Source of the DNA: a virus
Taxonomy: Duplodnaviria; Caudoviricetes
Length of the DNA stretch: 64,000 nucleotides
IMG/VR virus record: IMGVR_UViG_3300030330_005258
Coordinates: 90,578 to 154,577 of that record
Direction: 5' to 3' (one strand)
Made by a program: the position numbers and the translations under genes
Notes under the pieces: model-generated
Seen by the model: only the letters and a program-made list of their open reading frames with translations
Told to the model about the DNA's origin: nothing
Databases searched by the model: none
Shown here: in pieces, positions 1 to 11,170 of the stretch
How the letters are laid out: each line of letters starts with the position of its first letter
How positions within the stretch are numbered: the first letter of the stretch is position 1

Positions 1-1
1 A

Positions 2-1354
2 GCTACTCGTGCCACAGGCTCCAATATGGGACTGGCAGATGTTAGTGAGGTTTATTCTATTTATGGCAGACAATCAGCAGCTTCATCAGAATTATCAAGA
101 ATAATTACACAATTTGATGTAGCTTCGATTACTGCTGATAGGAATGCGGGCGATATACCTGCATCTGGGCAAGTAAAATTTTATTTGAAACTTTATAACG
201 CTGAAACTTCTAAAACTGTTCCAAAAGATTTTAAACTAGTTGTAGAGGCGATTTCTCGTGCTTGGACTGAAGGTGACGGCTTGGATCTTGAAAACTACAA
301 AGATCTTGGTGTTTCAAATTGGATTAGCGCCTCCAGTGGTGTAGCCTGGACAACTGCGGGTGGCGACTATCACGCAACTCCAACATATGAGCAGACATTC
401 GAGACTGGTCTTGAAGATTTAGAAATTGATATTTCGACACTCGTAGAACAATGGATAGCAGAATCTAAAGCAAATTATGGTGTTGGTGTGAGATTAACAT
501 CTTCATTGGAGTCGGCTACAGACTCTTACTATACTAAAAGATTTTTTGCAAGAGGCACACAATACTTTTTTAAAAAACCTGTAATTGAAGCTAGATGGGA
601 TTCGTCAATCCAAGACGACAGAGGAGACTTTTATATGTCTTCTTCGTTAGCCCCGGCATCTGATAATTTAAATACTCTATATCTTTACAACTACATTCGC
701 GGACAATTGACAAATATTCCTGCGGTTGGCACCGGAGAAATATATGTTGACCTTTACGAAACACTAGGCGAAACAGCATTGACCCAGGTAATTGCGACTC
801 CCGCAACAGGCGGATATGTCTCAACTGGAATATATTCTTGCTCTGTTTGCTTAACAGGGACTTACTCAACCTTGCGCGACGTTTGGCACACAGGCGGCGT
901 TGAATACTTTACAGGAAGTATTTCTCCTGAATCGTTTGCGGCGACTTCATTTTCGAACGGCAACTACCGATATGTGACAAAAATAAAGAATTTAAGAAAT
1001 AAATATTTCTCGGAGGAAGAGGCTCGCTTCAATGTCTACGTCAGAAACAAAAACTGGTCCCCAACTATTTATACAGTAGCGTCAGCGGAAATAGAAAATA
1101 CCATTATTGCAAGCGCATCATACAGAGTTTATAGAGTTTTGGATGGACTGAATGTTATACCACACGGCACCGGATCAGACTTACATACAATTCTTTCCTA
1201 CGATGTTTCAGGAAACTATTTCAATCTCGATATGTCGCTTCTTGAACCGGGATACGAATATGGCATCAAACTCGCATTCTATGATTCACAGAGGCAATCT
1301 TGGATCGAGCAAGACCAAAAATTCTTATTCCGAGTAGAAGATCATGAGTACTAG
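2..1354 (+). CDS. Virion/baseplate-associated structural protein with DNRLRE-like beta-sandwich domain (5'-truncated by window edge)
   Basis: The frame is open from position 2 (GCT ACT CGT...ATG at 26). Motifs WTEG..., WTTAGGDY, DISTLVEQW, NYGVGV and KPVIEARW resemble DNRLRE/CBM-like domains. Overlaps the start of the next gene. Confidence 0.55.
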   Translation, partial: ATRATGSNMGLADVSEVYSIYGRQSAASSELSRIITQFDVASITADRNAGDIPASGQVKFYLKLYNAETSKTVPKDFKLVVEAISRAWTEGDGLDLENYKDLGVSNWISASSGVAWTTAGGDYHATPTYEQTFETGLEDLEIDISTLVEQWIAESKANYGVGVRLTSSLESATDSYYTKRFFARGTQYFFKKPVIEARWDSSIQDDRGDFYMSSSLAPASDNLNTLYLYNYIRGQLTNIPAVGTGEIYVDLYETLGETALTQVIATPATGGYVSTGIYSCSVCLTGTYSTLRDVWHTGGVEYFTGSISPESFAATSFSNGNYRYVTKIKNLRNKYFSEEEARFNVYVRNKNWSPTIYTVASAEIENTIIASASYRVYRVLDGLNVIPHGTGSDLHTILSYDVSGNYFNLDMSLLEPGYEYGIKLAFYDSQRQSWIEQDQKFLFRVEDHEY

Positions 1355-4300
1355 AGATTTATTTGAACGTTCAAAAAATTATATTTCAGATACCGACCAG
1401 AGGGACGCGTTTTCTGATGCAGAATCATCAAGAAACGTAGATGCAATTTCTGAAAAGCATAAGTCTTTTGAACCACAGGTAGATTATAGCGAGCCGCTAT
1501 CTTTTGCCCGCTTTGGTTCTGCTGAGCTATACTATCAGGGCGCGTTTGATAGGATCAAAGATTTCTATCCGTATGATGGCTCAGATGCTGAATACAACGA
1601 GTTTTATAACAAATCGCTAGATATTGAAAAATACATTTTCAATAACTTATATCCTCGGACCAATGGTTATGTTAACTTTTCAAGTTCGTCAATCTCGCTG
1701 AAAGGCGGACCGCACACAATCAGTTCTAATAAAACAAAGGGTCTTTTTAAGGATCCAGAATCTTCTCAGAGAGAGACAGCAAATGTTTATGATGAAGATA
1801 TCTACACCACCGCCGGACTCCCAACAGATTACGGAGAGGGAACAAGGGAATCAAACTTAAAGTGTGATTTTCAGACTGGTGTAACGATTGAGTTTTGGCT
1901 CAAAAATGATACACTAGATACAAACACAAAACAAGCACTTTTTCACTTAACAAATTCCTCTGGCGGCGATGAGTTTACGTTATATTTATCAGGCACTTCG
2001 GGCTCTCCATTTTTTACGACGCTTAGCTCTTCGCACGTAGCAAGGTTTGGAGATGCTAGAATTGGCTCTACCCCCGACACAAGTTCTATTCAGCAATGGA
2101 ACCATTATGCAATCTCTTTTAAAAACACAGGCAGCGGCACATCAACCAAATTTTATATTAATGGCGTCTTGGATCAGACCATTGTTCTTGGCAGCAGTGG
2201 CTTTAACCCGCTAACCCAAAAAGAGACTGTTGCCCACATCGCATCTGGTTCTCATGATGAAGGTCATCTCTTTTTCTCCGGCTCTATGGATGAGTTTCGT
2301 TTTTGGAAGACCGAGAGAACAGCACAAGATATTGGTAGAAATTGGTTTGGGCAAGTGCGGGGCGGCTCAAATACAGACATTTCTAATACCACCCTTGGTG
2401 TCTATTATAAATTTAACGAGGGTATAACAGGTGTCACAGCAACAGATAGCGTTGTTCTTGACTATTCTGGTCGTATTTCTAACGGAACTTTTAACGGATA
2501 CACAGCTACATCTAGAAATACTGGGTCGGCTATTGTATCTGCTAGTGCTGCCACCACAGAGTACCTTGATCCAATTATCTATGGCACTCACCCATCGGTA
2601 TCTAGTTTAAGAACTACTCTGATCAACAGAGGTATCGATCACGACTCTCGAAACAATGCTGCTTTTGTTACCATGATGCCAAGTTGGATTCTTGAAGAAC
2701 ATGAGGAAATAGGCAATACTAACTTTAAATATTTAAGCCACATAATAGGCTCTTATTTTGATAAGCTGTATCTTCAGATTGAAGCTGTATCGACCCTGAA
2801 GTCGCCAATCTATACCAGTTCGTCGTACAAGCCACTCCCATTTGCTAGTCATATGCCTGCTTCACTTGGGCTTGAAACGCCTGAAATCTTTGTTGATGCA
2901 AATGTTCTTGAAAAATTTATAAACAAAAGTGAAACACAAGCATATGAAAATGATTTAAATGACGTAAAGAACTTGATCTATTTAAATCTTTACAACAACT
3001 TGACTTATCTTTTTAAGTCTAAGGGAACAGAAAAAGCAATAAGAAATGTTTTACGTGCTTTTAATATAGATGACAAACTTGTTAGATTTAACACTTATGC
3101 AAACAACTACACTTTTGAGCTTGAGAATAATCTAAAAAATACAATTGTAAGAAAATCATCTGCAAATTTCAACAAAGCTTCGCACCTTGGTGCCGTTGTT
3201 TACTCCTCCGGCTCGGCTACTAGCAGGCAGCTTGGGTACATCTCAGGCTCAGACGTTGACTCACACGAGTTAAGATATGGTTTAACTCACGAAGTTGATG
3301 TTATATTCCCCAAATTTATTAAAATTATAGATACTTTTAGCAGAGATTTTACAAGAGTATCGCTGTTCGGTTTACATTCTGCTAGCGCAAACAGTCCGTC
3401 TACCACTGTATATGATCCAAGCTTTTATGTATACGCGCAGCGCGATGAAGCATACTCTAAAAATGTCAAGTTTGTATTAAGTTCCTCTTTGCTTTCCAGT
3501 GAAATATCAAGTAGCCTATATCACGGCGTCTACGATGATGAAAACTGGAATCTCTCAGTCAGGATTAAGCCGGATGCCCTAGATCTTACTGGATCTGTTG
3601 ACGGGGTGGCGGCTTCAAATTATACAATTGAGTTTGCTGGATATAATCAAAGGCTGGGTGAGATTAGAAACTTCTTTAAGGTTTCTGCTTCGGCAAATCA
3701 AGCTAACACGCAAAACTTATTAAAATCTCCAAAAAGGTCTTTCGTTGGCGCACACAGAACCAATGTCACCGGCGCTCTGGAATACAAGTCAGACACTTTA
3801 ATAACAGCGACGAGATTTTGGACACAGTATCTTGACGACACTTCGCTACAGCAACACGCCTTTGATTTTGATAATTATGGTGTTGCTGACGCAAATCAAC
3901 ACTTGTCGCCTTTGGATCCTGATAATAGCAAGACTCTGAACAGACACACGTTAGCATTGAACTATGAATTTAGAAACGTAACAGCTTCGGACGGCACTGG
4001 TGCCTTTACAGTAACTGACATTAGTTCTGGCTCTCTGGACGGTCTTGCAGGGCATTACGGCAAACTGGGCGAGATATCATCCTATCTATATCCCGGCGTA
4101 GGTTTTGGCTTCTCAGCAAATTCCTCAGATGTTGTGTTAAAGCAAGAAGTAAATTCGCACCAGTTCATAAATCCCGAACTAGCTATCGGCAGCAACCTCG
4201 TTCAAATAAGAACTGATGATGATAAGTTATTTGATTCTGTTGATACAATTCCAAATTATCACTATATTCTTGAAAAGAGCATGTATAACGCAATTTCCGA

Positions 4301-7300
4301 AGAGATGCTTAATTTCTTTGCCGGCGTAAACGACTTTCATAATCTTATAGGACATCCAGTCCATCAATATAGAATGGAATATAAGGGCTTAAACAAGCTC
4401 AGAGAATCTTTTTTCCGCCGTGTAACGAGTGTTACAGAAGTCGAGAGATTCGTAGATTACTATAAGTGGTTTGACGACACCATGTCCCAAATAATAGGAC
4501 AGCTTATACCTGCGTCGGCTGATTACACGCCAGATATCTTAAACACTATCGAGTCCCATGCTCTGGAGCGCAACAAATACCAACATAAAATTCCCATGAT
4601 GGCTTTCACCTCCTCCACGGAGGGGGTGGCTTTTGGTGCGGAAGAGCTTCGTTATGATTGGCAAAGAAACCATGCTCCTGTCGGCGGACTAGAAAAGCAA
4701 AATTCAAATTGGTGGAAAGAGCGCGCTGAACGACAAGGGACCATTAGTTCAGGTGATGCTAACGTAGACACCGCAAGAAGTCAAATTAGAAGAGTAGCAA
4801 CAAATCAAACTAACGGTAGTGTTGGAAGAAGTTTCACAGATGACGGCACAAGATATACTCGTTCTAATTTCAAATATCGTACTCTATCGAAGGGCTTTGT
4901 TTTCGAGAAGAAAATATCAAGAGAAATCAAAGGTGGAACGAATTTTGAACATAACAAAGATATACACTTTGCTTATACCGCACTACATCCCGCTGGTCCA
5001 GTAACAACTGAAGATAATGTCTTTGTTCCACAAAACGTGCTGCTAGGATTTGTAGACGACTTGGTCGCCCTTCAAGATACAAGCGACCCACCAAAAATAC
5101 CAAATGAAAAGATTAAAAGAAATATTTTGGTTTTGCATGGTCGTGATTACGAAGCTGGTGTCGGCTACAAGAATAGAAAATCTTCCTTCTCCTTCCCATT
5201 CAATATAATATCCTCTTCTGTTACTACTGGGTACAACAAGTCAGTAGTAGAGCTTGTTACCGCTAGCATCGAAGTTACTAACCTACATAACGATGTATAT
5301 GGTCCAGACATGGAGCGCCCCATGCAAGGCATCTTTACAGAGCACGCTGTGGGCGGTCACCAATCGAGACACGTAAAGCTAAACACAGGTGGCGACAATT
5401 ACCTCAACAGACCTGAAGCATGGAAGATTCTGCTCGGCGCCAACTGCAATAGTTTAACTGGAGCGATTGGTATGGTCGGCGCCGATTATCCATGGCCAGA
5501 GGCTAATGATGTTGGCGAAACCCCCTATCCGCTCACAGGCGCACAAAGAGCCACCTTCTTCCGTGATGAGCTAGCGAAGCGACCAGTCAACGTTCGCAAC
5601 ATTAGACATACAACTGGCTCTACAATTCTTGGCAACTATAATGAAAATTACGATATAGTTCATTCTGTTGGTGGCTTTTCAAACCCAAGGGCGTTTATCG
5701 ATGAACAGCCAACAATTCCTACAAAAGCAGTTGGTGCTGACGTGGTTCGAACCATGCTCGATTTTAATAGCAGAGAGCCGACCCGCTTCAAGTTTATTGA
5801 CGACTATAGTGTAGGGTATCTAACAGGCTCTGGCGGATATAGAAACAAAACAATTATTAAAAGCAGGTTCTCCGCTCCTGGCTCACGAGAGTCGCTCTCA
5901 CTAGCATTCAGAGATATACGTTCTGCTGATTTTTCAGTCTACAATGAAACAAATAATAGAAACCTTTCAGTTCGCCGCCCGTTTCAGGGAGTCACTTCCT
6001 CGATTGTTTCTGAGACGACCGGAATAAGGAATTTTGATCATACTGGTAGAGATTTCGGATTTACAAACTTGGCTGCCCGGCACGCAGGAAAGTTCTTCAG
6101 GGACAGCGTGTTTCAAAGTAATCCTGGCGCAGATGATGACGCATTTGATGAATTGCCCTCATTCCACAAGACACATAGAAATAATAAAATTACACCCATT
6201 GATAGAGATACTCCCTCAACTATACAGAAATTTGATAACCTAAACGTCCAGCACCAAATACCAAGGTCAGATAGACAATATTCTTGGTTCTCCTCTTCGA
6301 TTGTCCACACTGATAATACAGACCCAAGATACGCTGGTTTTATGCAAACAGATTCTGCAATCGCTCCGTACTATGAAGCTACTGGAACTCTGGTTCCTTT
6401 TTTCGACTATGTCTCGGGCTCTGCGACTGGGTTTAAAGGTTTTGGAATGAGTAAGAGGCAGGTTAATGTGTTCCAAAACACTACTAGATTGAATCTTTTG
6501 ACTTTAGATAGAACTGGTTCAGAAATAAATACCCTTGGCGATGGAGATATCAGCGCCGACCTCTTCTTGCCGGGCTACCTTGATGAAGAGGCAGCCAGAT
6601 TTAACGCGCTGCTGATTCGCCGTGGCGATTTGTACGGGTGGAACTGGCGCGCATTTAGACAGCAAGACCACCCAATCTTACGCCGAGAGCACCAAGAAAA
6701 TCTATTAACAGCAGTCAAGAGTAGTGAAATAAAAGAATTCAGACTACCTCCTGTTTCTATGAGAGGGCGACCTGTTGTTGCTAATATGAATGTTAACGGC
6801 GAAAACATGTCCCTTAGAACAACTCATAATAATGAGAAAATTTATTTTAATCAACGAGAATTGAATGATCTTACGTTCCCAAGTGACGATATAACTGTAA
6901 CACCACTTGACGAACTATTTGATGTTTCCCTCCAACGCGGAGCAACATTAAACTGGGTTCATTATTCTGAAGCTCTCTTCCCATCATCAAGAAACGAATT
7001 CTCAAGCGGATCACGGGCGAAGCTTGGTTACGATAACCAATTCTGGAGAGATTCAAATTCTGATAGAATTGTCACTGGGTTGAATTCATTTGGGGTTCAA
7101 AACGTAGTGCAAAGCAAATGGGTCATAGATGCTCAGGAAGATTTTCTTACCAGAACAGGCATCGTTACAGCAGATGCGTCTAGTCCTTTTGACAACCTAA
7201 TTGTTGGAGGCAAGGCAGGCGAGCTACAAAATAATTATGTGTCAGTGGCGTCCGGCTCTTCCCATTTGTCAACTTTGAAAAAAAGCTTAAGAGCCGGTGC

Positions 7301-10211
7301 CCTTATGTCTCGCAAGCAAGAACTTACCTCACCTAACTCCGTGGTTGCAAGATCCGGCTTTGCTAAGACTGGCAGCCTCGACAACACATTTGCAGATCAA
7401 GTACCCATCTTTGGTGGCGAGGCGCTTTGGGAAGCAGGCACCCACGCATCCATTAATGTTAGATCTGAAGATACATTTGTAACATCTAATCATCCTTCAG
7501 AACCTTGGTTTGACAAGTATGACGACTTTATCGAAGAGTTACAGCTTGTGGCGAGAGATCACGCAATTGTTCCAGAATTTAGAATATCTGAGCACATTGA
7601 TAGTTATGTTAAAGGGGGTCTATTTAACAAAACTGCATTTGACACATTTGAAATACACCACACGGATATAAGCAGTTCACAACAAAATTTCTACAAAGAT
7701 TACTCTAACTCTGATTTCTTACGAGAGTTTGCAAGCATTAAAGACAAGTCTGGACTAAACGCAAAAGAAATAATGCTTACCTGTAAAGCAGCCGTCCGTT
7801 TTAATCCGTATAAAGGCTTTTATCCAGCACAAAGAACAATCGATTTGGTTTCTCAATTTAATTCTTCATTTTCCGAGGGATTTGCGTCCCTGATTAACGG
7901 GGAGCCAGTAACCGATGGTAATCTTATAGCATCAAACGACAAATCAAGAACGTTGCGACCTATGATACAGCCATTGTTCGCCCCCGGTATTTTGTATAAT
8001 TCGATTAAATCAGGCATTGCCGTTGATTATCCAGTAATAACCACGCCGTTCAAAGTAAATTCTATAAATTATACTGGCTCTGCTTTTGGTGGACTCAAAG
8101 CAGAAAATTACATGCTATCTCCAATAATTAGCACCAACGCGTTTGATCCACTAACGACTAGCCCCACTGCTTCAACAATTTGGGATTATAGAGTCCCATT
8201 TGAGACGATGATAGAGCCCGGCAAGTATATTGACAAAGTTCAATTTTTAGATTTTGAGCCACACGTATCTGCGTCACTAAACGCTACGGCTTCCATGGAT
8301 GCGTCAGTGTCAGATGGCATCTACGAACTTATGGCAAAAAACTTTTTTGGACAAACAGGCGATTTCTTCTTAAAAGATTCGTCCTACACAAAGCTTGAGT
8401 CTGATTTGATACAAGATGGGCTCAAATTTAAAAATGGTGATGTTTTTGCTGCAAGATTAAAAATTAGAAAATCTCACAATGGAAATAGATATTACAATCT
8501 TGAATCAGGATCAACGGGAGACAATGAGAATTTTTCATTCCTTGGTGCCCAAGCCTTTTCTGGCTCCGGCGGTGACGCTGCATTTGAAAAAATAGATGGC
8601 TCTTTTCCAATTCCACAAGACCCCGCCCATAATCCAGATTTTAAAGAAACATTTACAATGTATTCTCGACCAACCGCTTTCGGGCCTTCAATCAGCGGGA
8701 GACAAACTGTTGCAAAAACAATAAAAGCAAACGAATTAGAAGCATTCAATAGTGGTACATTGGATTCTCTTGAAGGCTTCAACTGGGCTTATACGCCGCC
8801 ATATTATCATGGTGAATCTTGGGTAGATTTTATTTTCCGCCCAGATTCTACGAAAACTTACACACTTGAAGACGTTCTTTCTGAAACAGAAGCTGTTTAT
8901 TGGCGCGTAGATCCGGGACAAAAATCGGGCTCGGTGGGACTGGCTCGCAATTTGAATCCAAAACTTATCCATTCTCAAATTGAGCTTGGTACCTCAATTA
9001 GTGTTGGACAAATAGCGCCGATTTATGGTGGCAATGCCATAAATAATAATGCGATGCAACTTAACTCTTGTTTAAACCTGTTTGGTGTTGAAAGAGTTCC
9101 CAAAAAGAGAAAAGACAAGTTTAACAACACGATACTAAACGAAAACGACATAGCAGGTAAGCGTTGGGTTATACAACCCAAGTGGGAAACCCCAATGCTT
9201 AACTTTGCTAATGTCTCGGCAGACAACAACAACATAACTTACCCCACCACATTCTCTGAATCAGTTCCAAGAGGAATTTGGCACCAGTTTGGAGAAATCC
9301 CAACCGACGCCAGCACGGGGGTGTTCTTAGAAATAGGAGACATTCCAAACGATTGGCTAAAATTTCACTATGATGTGATTAGTGAAGACTCCGTATACAA
9401 CAATCATAATGCTTACGACAGCGGCTCTTCAGCCTACCTTGATTATCAGTCTCTAACAGACCTATTTGGTTTCCAGCGCTCGCAGAAAAAGGACAGTGCC
9501 AAAGTTCGTCTTGGTGAAATTGCCGATAAGAGAGAAGTATATGAAGCGGTTGTTGCAATACCTTATATTCTTGAGGCAAACGAAGATTTTGCAAATGTAA
9601 AATCTGATGATGATAAAATTCGTAAGAAGTTTATTAATATTCCTCGTCCACGATTTACTTCTGCATTAAAAAAACGTGAAGGCTCCCAAGACGGTGATTC
9701 TTTGATGGTTGCAGGCGAGAGTATTAGAAAGATGGTTCAAAAGATGAAGCGTTATGTCTTGCCCCCACAATTTGACTTTATTAACTTTGAAGAAATCGAT
9801 CCGATTGTTATGTATTTCTTTGAATTCAAGTATGAGTTTGATAAAGACGACCTGTCTTATATCTGGCAGAATCTCGCCCCGAGAGACTACAAAAAAATTA
9901 CACTTCAAGAAGCCAAAGTATCACACAATCTAATGAATAATGAATTGCTCGATCAGCAGAATTTAATAGATAATCCTAATTTGCGATGGATGGTGTTCAA
10001 AGTTAAACAAAAGGCAAATAAAGATTATTACGATCTTGTCTTACCACAGATCAAATCTGCTAGACCAATTACGACTCTTGACAAACTTGAAACTGATAAG
10101 GACGATGAGTACCTACGGTTCAATTGGCCGTATGATTACCTTTCCTTTGTTGAACTAGTTAAGCTTGAAGCTGATGTTTTGTACAAGGCTGAAGATGAAG
10201 AATCGCAATGA
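1344..10211 (+). CDS. Giant (2955 aa) baseplate/tail-associated protein with LamG/concanavalin A-like domains
   Basis: LamG hallmarks: TIEFWLK, WNHYAISF, KFYINGVL, FSGSMDEFRFWK. The KSKGTEKAIRNVL segment resembles baseplate wedge proteins. Lies in the structural module. Confidence 0.7.
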   Translation: MSTRDLFERSKNYISDTDQRDAFSDAESSRNVDAISEKHKSFEPQVDYSEPLSFARFGSAELYYQGAFDRIKDFYPYDGSDAEYNEFYNKSLDIEKYIFNNLYPRTNGYVNFSSSSISLKGGPHTISSNKTKGLFKDPESSQRETANVYDEDIYTTAGLPTDYGEGTRESNLKCDFQTGVTIEFWLKNDTLDTNTKQALFHLTNSSGGDEFTLYLSGTSGSPFFTTLSSSHVARFGDARIGSTPDTSSIQQWNHYAISFKNTGSGTSTKFYINGVLDQTIVLGSSGFNPLTQKETVAHIASGSHDEGHLFFSGSMDEFRFWKTERTAQDIGRNWFGQVRGGSNTDISNTTLGVYYKFNEGITGVTATDSVVLDYSGRISNGTFNGYTATSRNTGSAIVSASAATTEYLDPIIYGTHPSVSSLRTTLINRGIDHDSRNNAAFVTMMPSWILEEHEEIGNTNFKYLSHIIGSYFDKLYLQIEAVSTLKSPIYTSSSYKPLPFASHMPASLGLETPEIFVDANVLEKFINKSETQAYENDLNDVKNLIYLNLYNNLTYLFKSKGTEKAIRNVLRAFNIDDKLVRFNTYANNYTFELENNLKNTIVRKSSANFNKASHLGAVVYSSGSATSRQLGYISGSDVDSHELRYGLTHEVDVIFPKFIKIIDTFSRDFTRVSLFGLHSASANSPSTTVYDPSFYVYAQRDEAYSKNVKFVLSSSLLSSEISSSLYHGVYDDENWNLSVRIKPDALDLTGSVDGVAASNYTIEFAGYNQRLGEIRNFFKVSASANQANTQNLLKSPKRSFVGAHRTNVTGALEYKSDTLITATRFWTQYLDDTSLQQHAFDFDNYGVADANQHLSPLDPDNSKTLNRHTLALNYEFRNVTASDGTGAFTVTDISSGSLDGLAGHYGKLGEISSYLYPGVGFGFSANSSDVVLKQEVNSHQFINPELAIGSNLVQIRTDDDKLFDSVDTIPNYHYILEKSMYNAISEEMLNFFAGVNDFHNLIGHPVHQYRMEYKGLNKLRESFFRRVTSVTEVERFVDYYKWFDDTMSQIIGQLIPASADYTPDILNTIESHALERNKYQHKIPMMAFTSSTEGVAFGAEELRYDWQRNHAPVGGLEKQNSNWWKERAERQGTISSGDANVDTARSQIRRVATNQTNGSVGRSFTDDGTRYTRSNFKYRTLSKGFVFEKKISREIKGGTNFEHNKDIHFAYTALHPAGPVTTEDNVFVPQNVLLGFVDDLVALQDTSDPPKIPNEKIKRNILVLHGRDYEAGVGYKNRKSSFSFPFNIISSSVTTGYNKSVVELVTASIEVTNLHNDVYGPDMERPMQGIFTEHAVGGHQSRHVKLNTGGDNYLNRPEAWKILLGANCNSLTGAIGMVGADYPWPEANDVGETPYPLTGAQRATFFRDELAKRPVNVRNIRHTTGSTILGNYNENYDIVHSVGGFSNPRAFIDEQPTIPTKAVGADVVRTMLDFNSREPTRFKFIDDYSVGYLTGSGGYRNKTIIKSRFSAPGSRESLSLAFRDIRSADFSVYNETNNRNLSVRRPFQGVTSSIVSETTGIRNFDHTGRDFGFTNLAARHAGKFFRDSVFQSNPGADDDAFDELPSFHKTHRNNKITPIDRDTPSTIQKFDNLNVQHQIPRSDRQYSWFSSSIVHTDNTDPRYAGFMQTDSAIAPYYEATGTLVPFFDYVSGSATGFKGFGMSKRQVNVFQNTTRLNLLTLDRTGSEINTLGDGDISADLFLPGYLDEEAARFNALLIRRGDLYGWNWRAFRQQDHPILRREHQENLLTAVKSSEIKEFRLPPVSMRGRPVVANMNVNGENMSLRTTHNNEKIYFNQRELNDLTFPSDDITVTPLDELFDVSLQRGATLNWVHYSEALFPSSRNEFSSGSRAKLGYDNQFWRDSNSDRIVTGLNSFGVQNVVQSKWVIDAQEDFLTRTGIVTADASSPFDNLIVGGKAGELQNNYVSVASGSSHLSTLKKSLRAGALMSRKQELTSPNSVVARSGFAKTGSLDNTFADQVPIFGGEALWEAGTHASINVRSEDTFVTSNHPSEPWFDKYDDFIEELQLVARDHAIVPEFRISEHIDSYVKGGLFNKTAFDTFEIHHTDISSSQQNFYKDYSNSDFLREFASIKDKSGLNAKEIMLTCKAAVRFNPYKGFYPAQRTIDLVSQFNSSFSEGFASLINGEPVTDGNLIASNDKSRTLRPMIQPLFAPGILYNSIKSGIAVDYPVITTPFKVNSINYTGSAFGGLKAENYMLSPIISTNAFDPLTTSPTASTIWDYRVPFETMIEPGKYIDKVQFLDFEPHVSASLNATASMDASVSDGIYELMAKNFFGQTGDFFLKDSSYTKLESDLIQDGLKFKNGDVFAARLKIRKSHNGNRYYNLESGSTGDNENFSFLGAQAFSGSGGDAAFEKIDGSFPIPQDPAHNPDFKETFTMYSRPTAFGPSISGRQTVAKTIKANELEAFNSGTLDSLEGFNWAYTPPYYHGESWVDFIFRPDSTKTYTLEDVLSETEAVYWRVDPGQKSGSVGLARNLNPKLIHSQIELGTSISVGQIAPIYGGNAINNNAMQLNSCLNLFGVERVPKKRKDKFNNTILNENDIAGKRWVIQPKWETPMLNFANVSADNNNITYPTTFSESVPRGIWHQFGEIPTDASTGVFLEIGDIPNDWLKFHYDVISEDSVYNNHNAYDSGSSAYLDYQSLTDLFGFQRSQKKDSAKVRLGEIADKREVYEAVVAIPYILEANEDFANVKSDDDKIRKKFINIPRPRFTSALKKREGSQDGDSLMVAGESIRKMVQKMKRYVLPPQFDFINFEEIDPIVMYFFEFKYEFDKDDLSYIWQNLAPRDYKKITLQEAKVSHNLMNNELLDQQNLIDNPNLRWMVFKVKQKANKDYYDLVLPQIKSARPITTLDKLETDKDDEYLRFNWPYDYLSFVELVKLEADVLYKAEDEESQ

Positions 10212-11170
10212 AGTTTTTAAATAAAAAAGAGCAGGTTTTTGATATACAACTAACCCCTTACGGGAAGCACAAATTATCTGCTGGCGATTTGAACCCAACA
10301 TATTATGCATTTTTTGATGATAATATCATATATGATATTGAATATGCAGAGGGTTCTGAGATTCAAAACGATACCCATAAGCGTATCAAGCAGGAGACTC
10401 AGTACCTTGAAAGCCAAACTCTCTTTCGTCAAGTTTTAAGTGGTGCCGTGGCTAAAGGCGGGCTGTTGCAAGAAACAATTTACGAGCAAGAACAAAACCT
10501 CCTTACGTCAGATGGATTTATAGGTGATGCTAGGCTTCTTGCCGAATCCTCCAATGTTGCCCCAGCCTGGAAGTTCATTACAATGCAGAATACAATTGGC
10601 TCTACAACACTTGAAGATGCAAAAAATAATTCAAAAGTGCCACAAATAAATTTGACAGCCTCGTATATCTTACGCTCTATAGAGCCTCAAGATTTAAATT
10701 TGAGAGAAGAAAATGTCAGACAAATCAATTCACGTACTTCGACATTCTCGGACGGCAGATTAATCGAACTACAAATGGACGACCCGCTTTTTTACATTGA
10801 AGAACTTAACACTGAATTGTTGATTGAAAATTTTGACATTGAAGTGTTCCAAATGATAAGAGGAGATGTTGAAGACGATTTTAGGCAATTGTTTTTTCAA
10901 TCAAAATTTCCACAAGTTGTAAATGGCATGTTAGTGTCAGAACAACCAATTGTGAGCAACGAAACTCTTACCACGGGGTCAGTTGAGTACTATTTCTCAA
11001 TAGCAACAGATGCGGAGGTAGATCCAAAAGTGGCGTGCAAATATGTTGATCAGTTTAATTCAGAAAACTATTTAATAGACCTAGATTTTGAATGTTCAGA
11101 TGCAGACGGAGAGGATGTGTATTTCGATATTTATGGTAGAGTCACGGAGTCCGAGATATGTCCCGATTAA
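10208..11170 (+). CDS. Baseplate/tail structural protein; N-terminus paralogous to 18152..19159
   Basis: FLNK..FDIQLTPYGKHKL..G....YYAFFDDNIIY aligns with FLDN..LDAVLTDLGRKRM..G....FALGDDEIDY. ATGA overlap with the upstream gene. Confidence 0.6.
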   Translation: MKFLNKKEQVFDIQLTPYGKHKLSAGDLNPTYYAFFDDNIIYDIEYAEGSEIQNDTHKRIKQETQYLESQTLFRQVLSGAVAKGGLLQETIYEQEQNLLTSDGFIGDARLLAESSNVAPAWKFITMQNTIGSTTLEDAKNNSKVPQINLTASYILRSIEPQDLNLREENVRQINSRTSTFSDGRLIELQMDDPLFYIEELNTELLIENFDIEVFQMIRGDVEDDFRQLFFQSKFPQVVNGMLVSEQPIVSNETLTTGSVEYYFSIATDAEVDPKVACKYVDQFNSENYLIDLDFECSDADGEDVYFDIYGRVTESEICPD